Positions 1-9,206 of a DNA stretch of 64,000 nucleotides are shown here, one piece after another. A program made the position numbers and the translations under genes. This DNA comes from an uncultured Acidimicrobiales bacterium (GTDB lineage: Bacteria; Actinomycetota; Acidimicrobiia; Acidimicrobiales; Bin134): the NCBI GenBank assembly GCA_951813555.1, contig OX638344.1, positions 1,688,990-1,752,989 of the forward strand, given 5' to 3'. Under the pieces are notes generated by a model. It did no database searches and was not told where the DNA came from. It worked only from the letters and a program-made list of their open reading frames with translations. Each line of letters begins with the position of its first letter. Within the stretch, counting starts at the first letter, position 1.

Positions 1-1
1 G

Positions 2-532
2 GCCGCCTACGTGGCCGGCACGTCCGGTGAAGTGGAGACGAATCGGTTGGGATTGCCACGGCTCACCGACCTCCATCGCATCACCGTGGCGCAGATCGAG
101 GGAGCAATCGAGCGCCAGGGCTTGCCCCAACCCGAGCCAGGCGACGCCCTATGCCTGCGCACTGGATGGATCAGCCTCACCCGGGAAGACCCGGAGCGAT
201 TCAAGGCCTCCTCGCCCGGACCGTGGATTGCGGAGAACAAGTGGCTGGCCTCCCACCGTCCGGCGCTGGTGTCCACCGACAGCTGGATGTGGGGGGTGTT
301 CGACTTCGAGGCCACCGGCGGTTGGGTGTCGGCCGGCCACCAGATCATGCTGGTGAAGGAGGGCATCCGCATGGCTGAGTCGATGAGCTGCGAGGAGGTC
401 GCGGCCGCCGGAGTCGACCGGTTCGTGTTCTGCCACTCGCCGTTTCGGGCTGAGGGCTCTACATCGTGCTCGTCGCCCCCCATGGCGATTGCCAACCCGC
501 CGAGCACCGACCAAGAGGAGGAACCAGAATGA
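2..532 (+). CDS. Cyclase-family (kynurenine-formamidase-like) protein, 5' end cut by window edge
   Basis: The frame of ORF 11..532 stays open back to nt 2. The C-terminal region (HQIMLVKEGIRMAESM...FVFCHSPFRAEG) resembles putative cyclase family tails. It shares a 4-nt ATGA overlap with the next gene. Confidence 0.45.
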   Translation, partial: AAYVAGTSGEVETNRLGLPRLTDLHRITVAQIEGAIERQGLPQPEPGDALCLRTGWISLTREDPERFKASSPGPWIAENKWLASHRPALVSTDSWMWGVFDFEATGGWVSAGHQIMLVKEGIRMAESMSCEEVAAAGVDRFVFCHSPFRAEGSTSCSSPPMAIANPPSTDQEEEPE

Positions 533-1383
533 GCATTTTCGACGGATCGCCCTTGGCTGGCAAGGTGGCCTTGGTCACAGGGGCCAGTCGGGGCATCGGC
601 AAGGGATGCGCCTTGGAGCTGGCCGCCGCCGGGGCGACTGTCTATGTTACCGGGCGCACCACCGGTGCCGGCCAGCACCCGCTGCCCGGCACGGTGGGGG
701 CTACCGCAGAGGAGATCGAGGCTGCGGGTGGTTCCGCGGTCGCGGTGGCCTGCGACCACCGCGACGATGACGCGGTGCGGGCGGTATTCGACCGGATCGA
801 CGAAGATCAGGGTCGCCTCGATGTATTGGTGAACAATGCCTTTGCCATTCCCGACGAGCTGACCGCCATGCTGCCCTTTTGGGATGTGCCCATCTCCAAC
901 TGGGACGACATGATGGACGTGGGCACCCGCTCGGCCTATGTGGCCTCGGTGCTGGCCGCCCCGGTGATGATCGGCCAAGGCGACGGGCTGATCGCCAACA
1001 TCAGCTCCTCAGGGGCGGTCGAATACGCCTGGCATGTGGCCTATGGGGTGGGTAAGTGCGCCCTAGACCGCATGACCGCCGATTGTGCCCGCGAGCTCCG
1101 GGACTCAGGAGTGTCGATGGTTTCGGTTTGGCCCGGGTTCGTGCGCACCGAGCGCATCGACGTGGCCGTCGATTCTGGGGTTGAACTGCCGCCGAGCTTG
1201 GACCTGTCGGCCGCCGAATCGCCCCGGTTCACCGGTCGGGCGGTAGCTGCTCTCGCCGTCGACGCCGACCGGTCCCGCTTCACCGGTCAAGCGGTCTCGG
1301 CGCGAGAAATGGCCGATTCCTACGAGTTCACCGACGTCGACGGCCGCTTGCCCGCCGGCCCCCTCCACGATCGCACCGGCTAG
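529..1383 (+). CDS. Short-chain dehydrogenase/reductase (SDR)
   Basis: Carries LVTGASRGIGKG (TGxxxGxG), NNAF and YGVGK (YxxxK). The internal ATG at 529 is preferred over the long ORF start at 466. Confidence 0.8.
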   Translation: MSIFDGSPLAGKVALVTGASRGIGKGCALELAAAGATVYVTGRTTGAGQHPLPGTVGATAEEIEAAGGSAVAVACDHRDDDAVRAVFDRIDEDQGRLDVLVNNAFAIPDELTAMLPFWDVPISNWDDMMDVGTRSAYVASVLAAPVMIGQGDGLIANISSSGAVEYAWHVAYGVGKCALDRMTADCARELRDSGVSMVSVWPGFVRTERIDVAVDSGVELPPSLDLSAAESPRFTGRAVAALAVDADRSRFTGQAVSAREMADSYEFTDVDGRLPAGPLHDRTG

Positions 1384-1399
1384 CCGGAGGGAGCGACCG

Positions 1400-2527
1400 A
1401 TGACCGCTGTTGAACCGTTCGCCATCGAGGTGCCCGATGAGGTGCTCGATGAGCTGCATCGTCGCTTGGACGCCACCCGGTGGTTCGATCCATTACCCGG
1501 GGTCGGGTGGGACGAGGGCACCGATCTGGACTACCTCAAGGAGCTGTGCCGCTATTGGCGCCACGACTACGACTGGCGGGCCGTTGAAGCCCAGCTCAAC
1601 CAATTTCCCCAGTACACCACCACCATCGACAACCAAAGGCTGCACTTCATCCACGCCCGAAGCCGCAACTCCGATGCCATGGCCCTGGTCATCCACCACG
1701 GCTGGCCGGGGTCGATCACCGAATTCGCCAAGGTGATCGAGCCGCTTCGGGAGCACTTCCACGTGGTGTGCCCGTCGCTGCCCGGCTACGGCTTCTCGGG
1801 CCCCACGTCGGAATCGGGCTGGACGCCCCGGCGCATGGCCGCGGGCTCGCTGGAGCTGATGAGCCGGCTCGGCTATGAGCAGTTCGGCGCCCAGGGCGGG
1901 GACTGGGGGGCGATGGTCACTGCCCAGATGGCCCTGCAAGCTCCCGAGCGAGTGATCGGCATCCACTTGAACTTGGCTATCGCTCCTGAGCCCCCGCCGG
2001 AAGCGGTGCGCGAGCTCACCGACGAGGAGAAGGCCGACCGGGCCAAAGGCCATGCCAGCAACCGGGTGGAGCGGGGCTACCGGGAGCAGCAGGCCACCCG
2101 CCCGCAGTCGCTGTCGGTGGGCCTCAACGACTCCCCGGCCGGGCTGGCTGCCTGGATCGTGGAGAAATTCCTGGTGTGGAGCGACATCGGCCCCGATAAC
2201 GACATCGAGGCCAGCTTCACCAAAGACGAACTGCTCACCAACGTGATGGTCTACTGGGTGACCGGCACCATCGCCTCGGCCAACCGGCTGTACTACGAGA
2301 CCCGCGTCGGGGGTCGGGGTTCCTCGGCCCCGGACCGGCGGGTGGAGGTGCCCACCGCCTATGCCCGGTTCCCCGGCGACGGCATCCGCCCAGCCCGGCC
2401 CTGGGTGGAGTACTGGTACAACATCGTCCGCTGGACCGAGATGCCCCGCGGCGGCCACTTCGCCTCCCTCGAGGCCCCCGACCTGTACATCGATGACGTG
2501 GTGGACTATTTCGGCTCTTTGGCCTGA
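1400..2527 (+). CDS. Epoxide hydrolase (alpha/beta hydrolase with EH N-terminal domain)
   Basis: The N-terminus FAIEVPDEVLDELHRRLDATRW is typical of the EH N-domain. An HGWPGS oxyanion motif is present. Length is 375 aa. Confidence 0.8.
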   Translation: MTAVEPFAIEVPDEVLDELHRRLDATRWFDPLPGVGWDEGTDLDYLKELCRYWRHDYDWRAVEAQLNQFPQYTTTIDNQRLHFIHARSRNSDAMALVIHHGWPGSITEFAKVIEPLREHFHVVCPSLPGYGFSGPTSESGWTPRRMAAGSLELMSRLGYEQFGAQGGDWGAMVTAQMALQAPERVIGIHLNLAIAPEPPPEAVRELTDEEKADRAKGHASNRVERGYREQQATRPQSLSVGLNDSPAGLAAWIVEKFLVWSDIGPDNDIEASFTKDELLTNVMVYWVTGTIASANRLYYETRVGGRGSSAPDRRVEVPTAYARFPGDGIRPARPWVEYWYNIVRWTEMPRGGHFASLEAPDLYIDDVVDYFGSLA

Positions 2528-2548
2528 TCCCCTCTGGCCTGAGCCTGT

Positions 2549-3586
2549 TTGCTTTGGGAGCGGCTACTGGGGTGTGGTGAACTTGCCGCCGTGCCCCAGT
2601 TGCATGACGTTGACTACACCCTCGAGTATCCCTACACCCGCACCACCGGGCCGGTCATCGGTCCGTTTCTGACCGGTTTGCGCGACGGGCGCATCCTCGG
2701 ACAGCGGTGCGGCGACCGGGTGCTGTGCCCGCCCATGGAGTTCGATCCGGACACCTCCGCCACCCTGGAGCCCGACCTCGTGGAGGTCGGCCCCGGCGGG
2801 GAGGTGGTCAATTGGACGTGGGTGGCCGAGCCCTCGGCCAAGCACCCCTTCGACCGGCCCTTCGGCTTCACCTTCATCAAGCTGGACGGAGCCGACACCG
2901 CCCTCGTGCATGCGGTGGACACCGGGGGCGACCCCGAGGCCATGAGCACCGGCATGAGGGTGCGGGCCCAATTCGCCACCGAGCGACACGGCTCCATCGC
3001 CGATGTGTACTTCGTGCCCGAGGCCGATGCCGGCGACCAGGTGATCGAGCCGGGCGATGAGCCGGTGGCCATCACCGAGCACCTCATCGGCCTGCGCATC
3101 AACGAGCCGCTCTACCCCCATCGGGCCCGGTTCGCCCAAGGGCTGCTGGACGGCAAGATCATCGGCCAGCGCAGCCCGGTCACCGGCAAGGTGTACGTGC
3201 CCGGCCGGGGCTACGACAACATGTCTCGGGTGCTGATGAGCGAAGCCGACGAGGTTGTGGTGTCCGACGTCGGCACCGTGGTGGCGTTCACCGAGCTGAA
3301 CCCGGTGCAGTACTACGGCCAAACTGAGACCGAGCCCTACGTGCGGTGCTCCATCCTGTTCGACGGGACCGACCAGCCGGTGATCGGCATCGACATCCGT
3401 GACATGACGGTGGACGAGATGCGGGTGGGCATGAGGATGCGCTGCATCTGGCGTGATCCCGAAGAGCGGTCGGTGGAGGACATCGACAACCGCTACGGCA
3501 ACATTCCCGAGGCGGTGTACGCCCGGTTCGAGCCCACCGGCGAACCCGACTTGCCCGCCGACGACCTCAAGGAGCACTCATGGTAA
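2549..3586 (+). CDS. Tandem (fused) DUF35 OB-fold/Zn-ribbon protein, partner of thiolase-fold Ltp proteins
   Basis: Two DUF35-like halves are present (LEYPYTRTTGPVIGPFLTGLRDGRILGQRC... and ...FAQGLLDGKIIGQRSPVTGKVYVP). It is paralogous to the split genes at 37700..38736. The true start is probably GTG 2591 or TTG 2600. Confidence 0.7.
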   Translation: MLWERLLGCGELAAVPQLHDVDYTLEYPYTRTTGPVIGPFLTGLRDGRILGQRCGDRVLCPPMEFDPDTSATLEPDLVEVGPGGEVVNWTWVAEPSAKHPFDRPFGFTFIKLDGADTALVHAVDTGGDPEAMSTGMRVRAQFATERHGSIADVYFVPEADAGDQVIEPGDEPVAITEHLIGLRINEPLYPHRARFAQGLLDGKIIGQRSPVTGKVYVPGRGYDNMSRVLMSEADEVVVSDVGTVVAFTELNPVQYYGQTETEPYVRCSILFDGTDQPVIGIDIRDMTVDEMRVGMRMRCIWRDPEERSVEDIDNRYGNIPEAVYARFEPTGEPDLPADDLKEHSW

Positions 3587-4647
3587 GTCTCGCCGAAGAC
3601 GTAGCCATCGTGGCGTTTGAGCAAACCCCTTCTCACGCCCACTTCAACGACAGCGAGCCGGCCATGATCATGCCGTGCGTGAACTCGGTGATCGAGCAGG
3701 TGGGCATAGACCGCCACGACATCGACTTCACCATTGCCGGGAGCTGCGACTACCTGTCGGGGATGCCCTTCGCCTTCGTCATGAACATCGACGCGGTGGG
3801 GGCGTGGCCGCCGGTGTATGAGAGCCATGTGGAGATGGACGGCGCCTGGGCCCTGTTCGAGGGGTTCGTGCGGCTCCAGTCGGGCGACATCGACACCGTG
3901 CTGGTATCGGGCTCGGGCAAGTGCTCGCCGGGCAGCTACCGGGAGGCGTTCTCGCTCCAGACCGACCCCTACGTGCACGCCCCCATTGGATTGGACCCCC
4001 GGACCCAGGCCGGGTTCCAGGCCCAAGCTCTCATCGCCGCGGGCAAGGCCACCGAGCGGGATTTCGCCGAGGTGGTGTCCCGCAGCCACGGCAACGCCAA
4101 GAACAACCCCTATGCCCAGCTCAGCGGCGACCTGTCGGTGGACGAGCTGCTGGCCGAGCCCTACGTGCAGCAGCCGCTGCGCCGCCTCGACTGCCCGCCG
4201 ACCAGCGACGGGGCCGCGGCCATGATTATCGCCCGGGCCGACAAGGCTCGGGAGCTGTGTGACAGCCCGGTGTGGATCCGGGCCATCGACCACCGCATCG
4301 ACTCGCACCACCCCACGTTGCGGGATCTCACCGACTCGTCGTCGGTGCGCATTGCCGCCGAGCGGGTGGGCCTCCACGACGGGCCGGTGGACATCGCCGA
4401 GCTGACCGTCACCTACAGCCCCGAGGAGATCATCCTGCAAGACGCCCTCGGGCTCAACGGCGGCACCACGGTGAATCCGTCGGGCGGGCCGCTTACCGGC
4501 AGCCCGTTCATGGCGGTGGGCCTCACTCGGGTGATCGAGTTGGCCCGGGCCATTCGCAACGGCGACGGACGCCGGGGGGTGGCCCACGCATCCAGCGGCC
4601 CGGCTTTGCAGCAGAACTTGCTGTGTGTTCTGGAAGGAGAAAGCTGA
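3580..4647 (+). CDS. Thiolase-fold lipid-transfer-protein (Ltp)-like protein, subunit 1
   Basis: 355 aa with thiolase-like motifs (NPSGGPLTGSPFMAVG). It overlaps the DUF35 gene by 7 nt. It is a paralog of 38733..39791. Confidence 0.7.
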   Translation: MVSLAEDVAIVAFEQTPSHAHFNDSEPAMIMPCVNSVIEQVGIDRHDIDFTIAGSCDYLSGMPFAFVMNIDAVGAWPPVYESHVEMDGAWALFEGFVRLQSGDIDTVLVSGSGKCSPGSYREAFSLQTDPYVHAPIGLDPRTQAGFQAQALIAAGKATERDFAEVVSRSHGNAKNNPYAQLSGDLSVDELLAEPYVQQPLRRLDCPPTSDGAAAMIIARADKARELCDSPVWIRAIDHRIDSHHPTLRDLTDSSSVRIAAERVGLHDGPVDIAELTVTYSPEEIILQDALGLNGGTTVNPSGGPLTGSPFMAVGLTRVIELARAIRNGDGRRGVAHASSGPALQQNLLCVLEGES

Positions 4648-5804
4648 TGGCCCCTCGACCATGTGCGGTACTGGGAATCGGCCAGACCAAGTACAAGCGG
4701 CGCCGCGACGACCTGACCTTGGACGGTCTGGTGCGGGAGGCCGTGCTGCGAGCGTTGGAAGACGCCGGGGCTGCCTTCGACGACATCGATGCCATCGTGA
4801 TCGGCAAGGCGCCCGACGCCCTCGAAGGGGTGATGATGCCGCTTCTGAGCCTGGCCGACGCTTTGGGCGCAGTGGGCAAGCCCATCCACCGAGTTCACAC
4901 CGCCGGGTCGGTGGGGGCGTCCACCGCCATCTCCGCGGTGAACCTGGTGGAGTCGGGCATGTACGACACCGTTTTGACCGTCGCCTATGAGAAGCAGTCG
5001 GAGGGCAACGCCACCTGGGCGCTGTCGGGCGGCAAGAGCGGGGGCCAGGGTGCGGGCGGCACGTTTGCTCCGTGGATCCGCAACTACATCGCCCGGTCGA
5101 AGGCCCCCGAGCACATCGGCTGGATGGTGGCGGTGAAGGACCGGCTCAACGCCCTCAAGAACGAGTACGCCCACCTGCACCTGCCCGACATCTCCATCGA
5201 GAAGGTGCGGGAGTCGCCCATGCTGTGGGATCCGCTCCACTTCTTGGAGTCGTGCCCCTCATCGGACGGAGCTGCGGCGATGGTGCTGGGCAACGACGAC
5301 GTGGCCAAAAAGTCGGGCCGACCCCCGGCGTGGGTCATCTCCCACGCCAAGCGGACCGAGTTTGGCCAGTTCCCCGGGCGGGACACAGTGCGGCCCCAAG
5401 CTGGGGTGGAGTGCTCGGAGGCCCTGTACCGCAAGGCGGGCATCACCAACCCCCGGGAGCAGATCGACTGCGCCGAGCTGTACGTGCCGTTCTCGTGGTA
5501 CGAGCCCATGTGGCTGGAGGGGCACCTCATCGCCGAGGAGGGCGAGGGGTGGAAGATGACCGACTCGGGCGACACTGAGCTGGGCGGGTCGTTCCCGGTG
5601 AACATGTCGGGCGGCGTTTTGTCGTCCAACCCCATCGGAGCATCGGGCATGATCCGCTGCTTGGAGGCGGCCAGCCAGGTGCGGGGCACCGCCGGTGAAT
5701 ACCAGGTGCCGGGGGCCAAGATCTCCATTGGCCATGCCTACGGGGGCGCCGCCCAGTACTACGCCATGTGGATGGTGTCGTCTGAGCTGAATCCAGAACT
5801 CTGA
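4647..5804 (+). CDS. Thiolase-fold Ltp-like protein, subunit 2 (SCP-x/nsLTP thiolase-like)
   Basis: MAPRPCAVLGIGQTKYKRRRDD is a typical nsLTP-thiolase N-terminus. A TGATG overlap joins it to the upstream gene, so the long ORF start at 4272 is rejected. It is a paralog of 39791..40957. Confidence 0.75.
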   Translation: MAPRPCAVLGIGQTKYKRRRDDLTLDGLVREAVLRALEDAGAAFDDIDAIVIGKAPDALEGVMMPLLSLADALGAVGKPIHRVHTAGSVGASTAISAVNLVESGMYDTVLTVAYEKQSEGNATWALSGGKSGGQGAGGTFAPWIRNYIARSKAPEHIGWMVAVKDRLNALKNEYAHLHLPDISIEKVRESPMLWDPLHFLESCPSSDGAAAMVLGNDDVAKKSGRPPAWVISHAKRTEFGQFPGRDTVRPQAGVECSEALYRKAGITNPREQIDCAELYVPFSWYEPMWLEGHLIAEEGEGWKMTDSGDTELGGSFPVNMSGGVLSSNPIGASGMIRCLEAASQVRGTAGEYQVPGAKISIGHAYGGAAQYYAMWMVSSELNPEL

Positions 5805-5805
5805 T

Positions 5806-6705
5806 ATGGCCGGAATCGCTGACGGCAGGGTGGTGGTGATCACCGGTGCGGCCCGGGGACTGGGCCGGGCCCACGCCCTGGAGTTCGCCGCCGAGGGGGC
5901 TCGGGTGCTGGTCAACGACCTGGGGGTGGAACGCGACGGCTCGGGCGGCGCGTCGGAACCCGCCCAGGAAGTGGTGGCCGAGATCCGGGCCATGGGGGGC
6001 ACCGCTGAGGCCAACGCCGCCGACGTGGCCGACTGGGACCAAGCGGAGGCCATGATCGCCCAGGCCGTGGACACTTGGGGCCGCCTCGACACGCTGGTGT
6101 GCAACGCCGGCTTCTTGCGCGACCGGATGCTGGCCAACATGAGCGAGCCGGAGTGGGACGCCATAATGCGGGTCCACCTCAAGGGCCACTTCGCCCCGGC
6201 CCGCCACGCGGTGGCCCATTGGCGGGACCGGTCCAAAGCCGGCGAAAACGTGCAAGGACGGCTCATCAACACCAGCTCCGGGGCCGGGCTGTTGGGCTCG
6301 ATCGGCCAGGGCAACTACACCGCGGCCAAGGCCGGGGTGGCCGCGCTGACCATCCAGCAGGCCGCCGAGTGGGGCCGCTACGGGGTGATGGTGAACGCCA
6401 TCGCCCCCGACGCCCGCACCCGCATGACCGCAGGGATCATGTACACCGAAGAGGCTCCTGATGGTTGGGACGAGAAAGACCCGGCCAACGCCTCGCCGTT
6501 AGTGGTGTGGCTGGGGTCGGACGCCTGCGACGTGTCTGGGCGGGTGTTCGAGATCGCCGGCGGGGCGCTCAACGTGTGCGACGGCTGGCAGCACGGGCAC
6601 GTGGTCGACGTGGGGCGCAAGTATGCCGCTGCCGAGGTTGGCGACGCGGTGCACGCTTCTATTGCCGGTTCGCCCGAGCCGGCGCCGGTGTACGGCGCTA
6701 GCTGA
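5806..6705 (+). CDS. SDR family oxidoreductase (3-hydroxyacyl-CoA dehydrogenase/FabG-like)
   Basis: Carries VVVITGAARGLGRAHA and NYTAAK (YxxxK). Length is 299 aa. Confidence 0.8.
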   Translation: MAGIADGRVVVITGAARGLGRAHALEFAAEGARVLVNDLGVERDGSGGASEPAQEVVAEIRAMGGTAEANAADVADWDQAEAMIAQAVDTWGRLDTLVCNAGFLRDRMLANMSEPEWDAIMRVHLKGHFAPARHAVAHWRDRSKAGENVQGRLINTSSGAGLLGSIGQGNYTAAKAGVAALTIQQAAEWGRYGVMVNAIAPDARTRMTAGIMYTEEAPDGWDEKDPANASPLVVWLGSDACDVSGRVFEIAGGALNVCDGWQHGHVVDVGRKYAAAEVGDAVHASIAGSPEPAPVYGAS

Positions 6706-6708
6706 GTT

Positions 6709-7929
6709 CTAGCTCGGTATCTCGCGGAAGGGGACCCCTTTGTCCACCCGGATGTCGGGGGGAAGGCCCAGCACCTTCTCGCCGATGGTGTTGCGCTGGA
6801 TGTCGTCGGTGCCACCGCCGATGCGCGACGCCCACTGGCTCAGGAACTCGTATTGCCAGCGTCCCTCGTCTCGGGCACTGTCCCCGTGGAGCATCCCAGC
6901 CGCCCCGCTCATGGCCATAACCAAATCGCCCATCTCCGCAAAGTGCAATGAGATGGCCAGCTTCATGGTGGAGCTCTCCGGTCCGGGCAGCTCCCCCCGG
7001 CTGGCCGCGGTCCGAACCCGGTATCCCTGATACTTCATGATTTCCATGCGGGTGTAGGCCTTGGCCAGCTCTTGGCGCAGGACCGGATCGCGGTCGGTGC
7101 CGGTTCGCTGGGCCAGTTTCACCAATTCCTGGAATCGGGTCCGGGCGTTGGAGCTGCCGATCAGGGCCCGCTCGTTGGCCAGCGTGGTCATGATCGGCCC
7201 CCATCCGGTGTTGACCCCGCCGAGGATGTTCTCGTGGGGCACCCGTACATCCGACAAGAACACCTCGTTGAAGTTGGCGGCGCCGGTGATCTGGACCAGC
7301 GGGCGCACTTCGATGCCGGGAGTGTTCATGTCCAACAGGAAATAGGTGATGCCCCGGTGCTTGGGCTGGTCGGGGTCGGTGCGAGTCAACAGGATGGCCC
7401 AGTCGCTGTATTGGGCACCCGAGGTCCACACCTTCTGGCCGTTTACCACCCACTCATCGCCGTCGCGCACCGCGGCGGTCCGCAGCCCGCCGAGATCCGA
7501 GCCGGCCGCTGGCTCGGAGAACAGTTGGCACCACACCTCGTCGCCCTTGAGCATGGCGGGCAGGAATCGCTGCTTTTGGGCGTCGGTGCCGTGGGCGATG
7601 ATGGTCGGGCCCGTCATGCCGATGCCCACTGAGAATACTCCGGTGGCCGACACCCGCCGGGCTTCTTCTTCTTTGAAGATCCCCTCGTGGATGCCGCTCA
7701 GGCCCTTGCCGCCGTACTCGGTCGGCCAGGTGATAGAACCCCAGCCGCCGTCGTATTTGGTGCGCTGCCAGGCTTTGCACCGGTGTACGTAGGACAACTC
7801 GATCTCGGGGTCGGTGATAGTCACAGTGGTCTGGGTTCGGGCGCCGCCGCCGGCGGGGACGTTGGCGTCCAGCCATTCAATGCACTCGGCTCGAAAGGCA
7901 GCTTCCTGGGGTGTCTCGTCGAAATCCAT
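6709..7929 (-). CDS. Acyl-CoA dehydrogenase
   Basis: MDFDETPQEAAFRAE... is a typical ACAD N-terminus, and the C-terminus carries GGGTDDIQRNTIGEKVLGLP. The internal ATG at 7929 is preferred over 8007. Confidence 0.8.
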   Translation of the reverse strand: MDFDETPQEAAFRAECIEWLDANVPAGGGARTQTTVTITDPEIELSYVHRCKAWQRTKYDGGWGSITWPTEYGGKGLSGIHEGIFKEEEARRVSATGVFSVGIGMTGPTIIAHGTDAQKQRFLPAMLKGDEVWCQLFSEPAAGSDLGGLRTAAVRDGDEWVVNGQKVWTSGAQYSDWAILLTRTDPDQPKHRGITYFLLDMNTPGIEVRPLVQITGAANFNEVFLSDVRVPHENILGGVNTGWGPIMTTLANERALIGSSNARTRFQELVKLAQRTGTDRDPVLRQELAKAYTRMEIMKYQGYRVRTAASRGELPGPESSTMKLAISLHFAEMGDLVMAMSGAAGMLHGDSARDEGRWQYEFLSQWASRIGGGTDDIQRNTIGEKVLGLPPDIRVDKGVPFREIPS

Positions 7930-8035
7930 GCCGCGTTGATGGTAGCCAGAGCGCTCCCGGCAGGCCCCACCGGACAATGGGTCCGCTAGGACTGTTGTCC
8001 CCTCCATTCGGGCTCAGCAGGCGGAGGATGGTTCA

Positions 8036-9181
8036 ATGATGGCCGTGAAATTCTCCATGATCTTCGAAGCCCAGATGGCCGACCCGTCTCGTGAGACTGA
8101 GCAGCAGGTCATCCGCGACTGCGTGGAGCAAGCGGTGTTGGCCGAGGAAGTGGGGTTCGACCGGATCTGGGCGGTGGAGCACCACTGCCTGAAGTGGTAC
8201 GCCCACATGAGCGCCCCCGAGATATTCCTGACCTGGGTGGCGGCCCGGACGTCCCGCATCCGCATCGGCCACGGGGTGGTGTGCATGCCGTTCGGCTACA
8301 ACCACCCGCTGCGGGCCGCGGAGCGCATCGCCATGCTGGACGTGCTGTCGGGCGGGCGGTTGGACGTGGGCGCGGGCCGGGGGGCCACCCTCCAGGAGAT
8401 GTCGGCGTTCGGGGTCAAGCCCGAGGACACCTACGCCCAGGTGGAGGAGTCGCTGCGGATCATCTCCAACTGCTGGCGGGATGAGGAGTTCGAGTGGGAG
8501 GGCCTGCTCGACATCTCGCCGCATCCTATTCTCCCCCGCCCGGTGCAAGATCCCCATCCGCCGCTGTATCTGGCCTGCACCAAGGTGGACACCGTGCGGC
8601 TGGCCGCCGAGCTGGGCATCGGCGCCCTGGTGCTGGGGTTCGCCGGCGCCGACGAGATCCGGCTGATGAAGGAGACCTACGACGAGGCCATCGCCACCCG
8701 CACCGGGGAGCGGTTCGTGAGCGATCATCCCAATAACTGGTTCTCGGCGCTGTGCCCCACCACGATCCTCGACGACCGGGACGAGGCCTTCCGCATCGGG
8801 GTTCGGGGCCAGCGGTTCTTCGCCGAGGCCATCATGCACTGGAACCTGGGCACACCTCCGCCTCGGGCCGGATCAGCCGACGAGGATACCGCCGCGGCCA
8901 TCGACGAGGCGGTGGGCAACGTCCACGCCAAGATCAGCGAGATGAACATCCCGCTGAGCCCCAACGCCACCAGCACGTTCAACGTCGAGCACGCCTACGG
9001 CGACTACGAAGACGCCATCCGCTACGTGAGCGAGCTCGAGGCCGTCGGCTGCGACGAGATCATGTGCATGATCCAAATGGGCACCATCCCCCAAGAGGTC
9101 ATGCTCGAGACCATCCGCCAATTCGGCCACCACGTGATCCCCCACTTCCGGGCCAAGCAGGAAGCGGCGGTACCGGCGTAG
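8036..9181 (+). CDS. LLM-class (luciferase-like) flavin/F420-dependent oxidoreductase
   Basis: The N-terminus FSMIFEAQ...AEEVGFDRIWAVEHH is a pattern typical of luciferase-like monooxygenases. Length is 381 aa. Confidence 0.7.
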   Translation: MMAVKFSMIFEAQMADPSRETEQQVIRDCVEQAVLAEEVGFDRIWAVEHHCLKWYAHMSAPEIFLTWVAARTSRIRIGHGVVCMPFGYNHPLRAAERIAMLDVLSGGRLDVGAGRGATLQEMSAFGVKPEDTYAQVEESLRIISNCWRDEEFEWEGLLDISPHPILPRPVQDPHPPLYLACTKVDTVRLAAELGIGALVLGFAGADEIRLMKETYDEAIATRTGERFVSDHPNNWFSALCPTTILDDRDEAFRIGVRGQRFFAEAIMHWNLGTPPPRAGSADEDTAAAIDEAVGNVHAKISEMNIPLSPNATSTFNVEHAYGDYEDAIRYVSELEAVGCDEIMCMIQMGTIPQEVMLETIRQFGHHVIPHFRAKQEAAVPA

Positions 9182-9206
9182 CCACTCTCCACGGTATCCT
9201 CGTCCC

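Noticed and set aside
7-978. Long antisense or alternative-frame ORFs throughout the high-GC regions (for example 7..978 -, 1493..2458 -, 2564..3577 -, 3493..4662 -, 5259..6314 -, 8033..8839 -, 29167..29961 -, 45526..47097 -, 48689..50011 -, 52874..53944 +).
   Set aside because: They overlap, on the opposite strand or in another frame, ORFs with clear family motifs. Their Arg/Pro/Gly/Ala-rich, low-complexity translations are typical of stop-codon-poor high-GC DNA.
4272-4646. 5' extensions of long ORFs. These are 4272..5804, 29652..31283, 39770..40957, 46941..48080, 45607..47085, 17444..18409, 40702..41412 and 33379..33903.
   Set aside because: The extensions overlap the preceding, well-supported genes. 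Internal ATG/GTG codons forming ATGA, GTGA or TGATG junctions give N-termini that match the family consensus.
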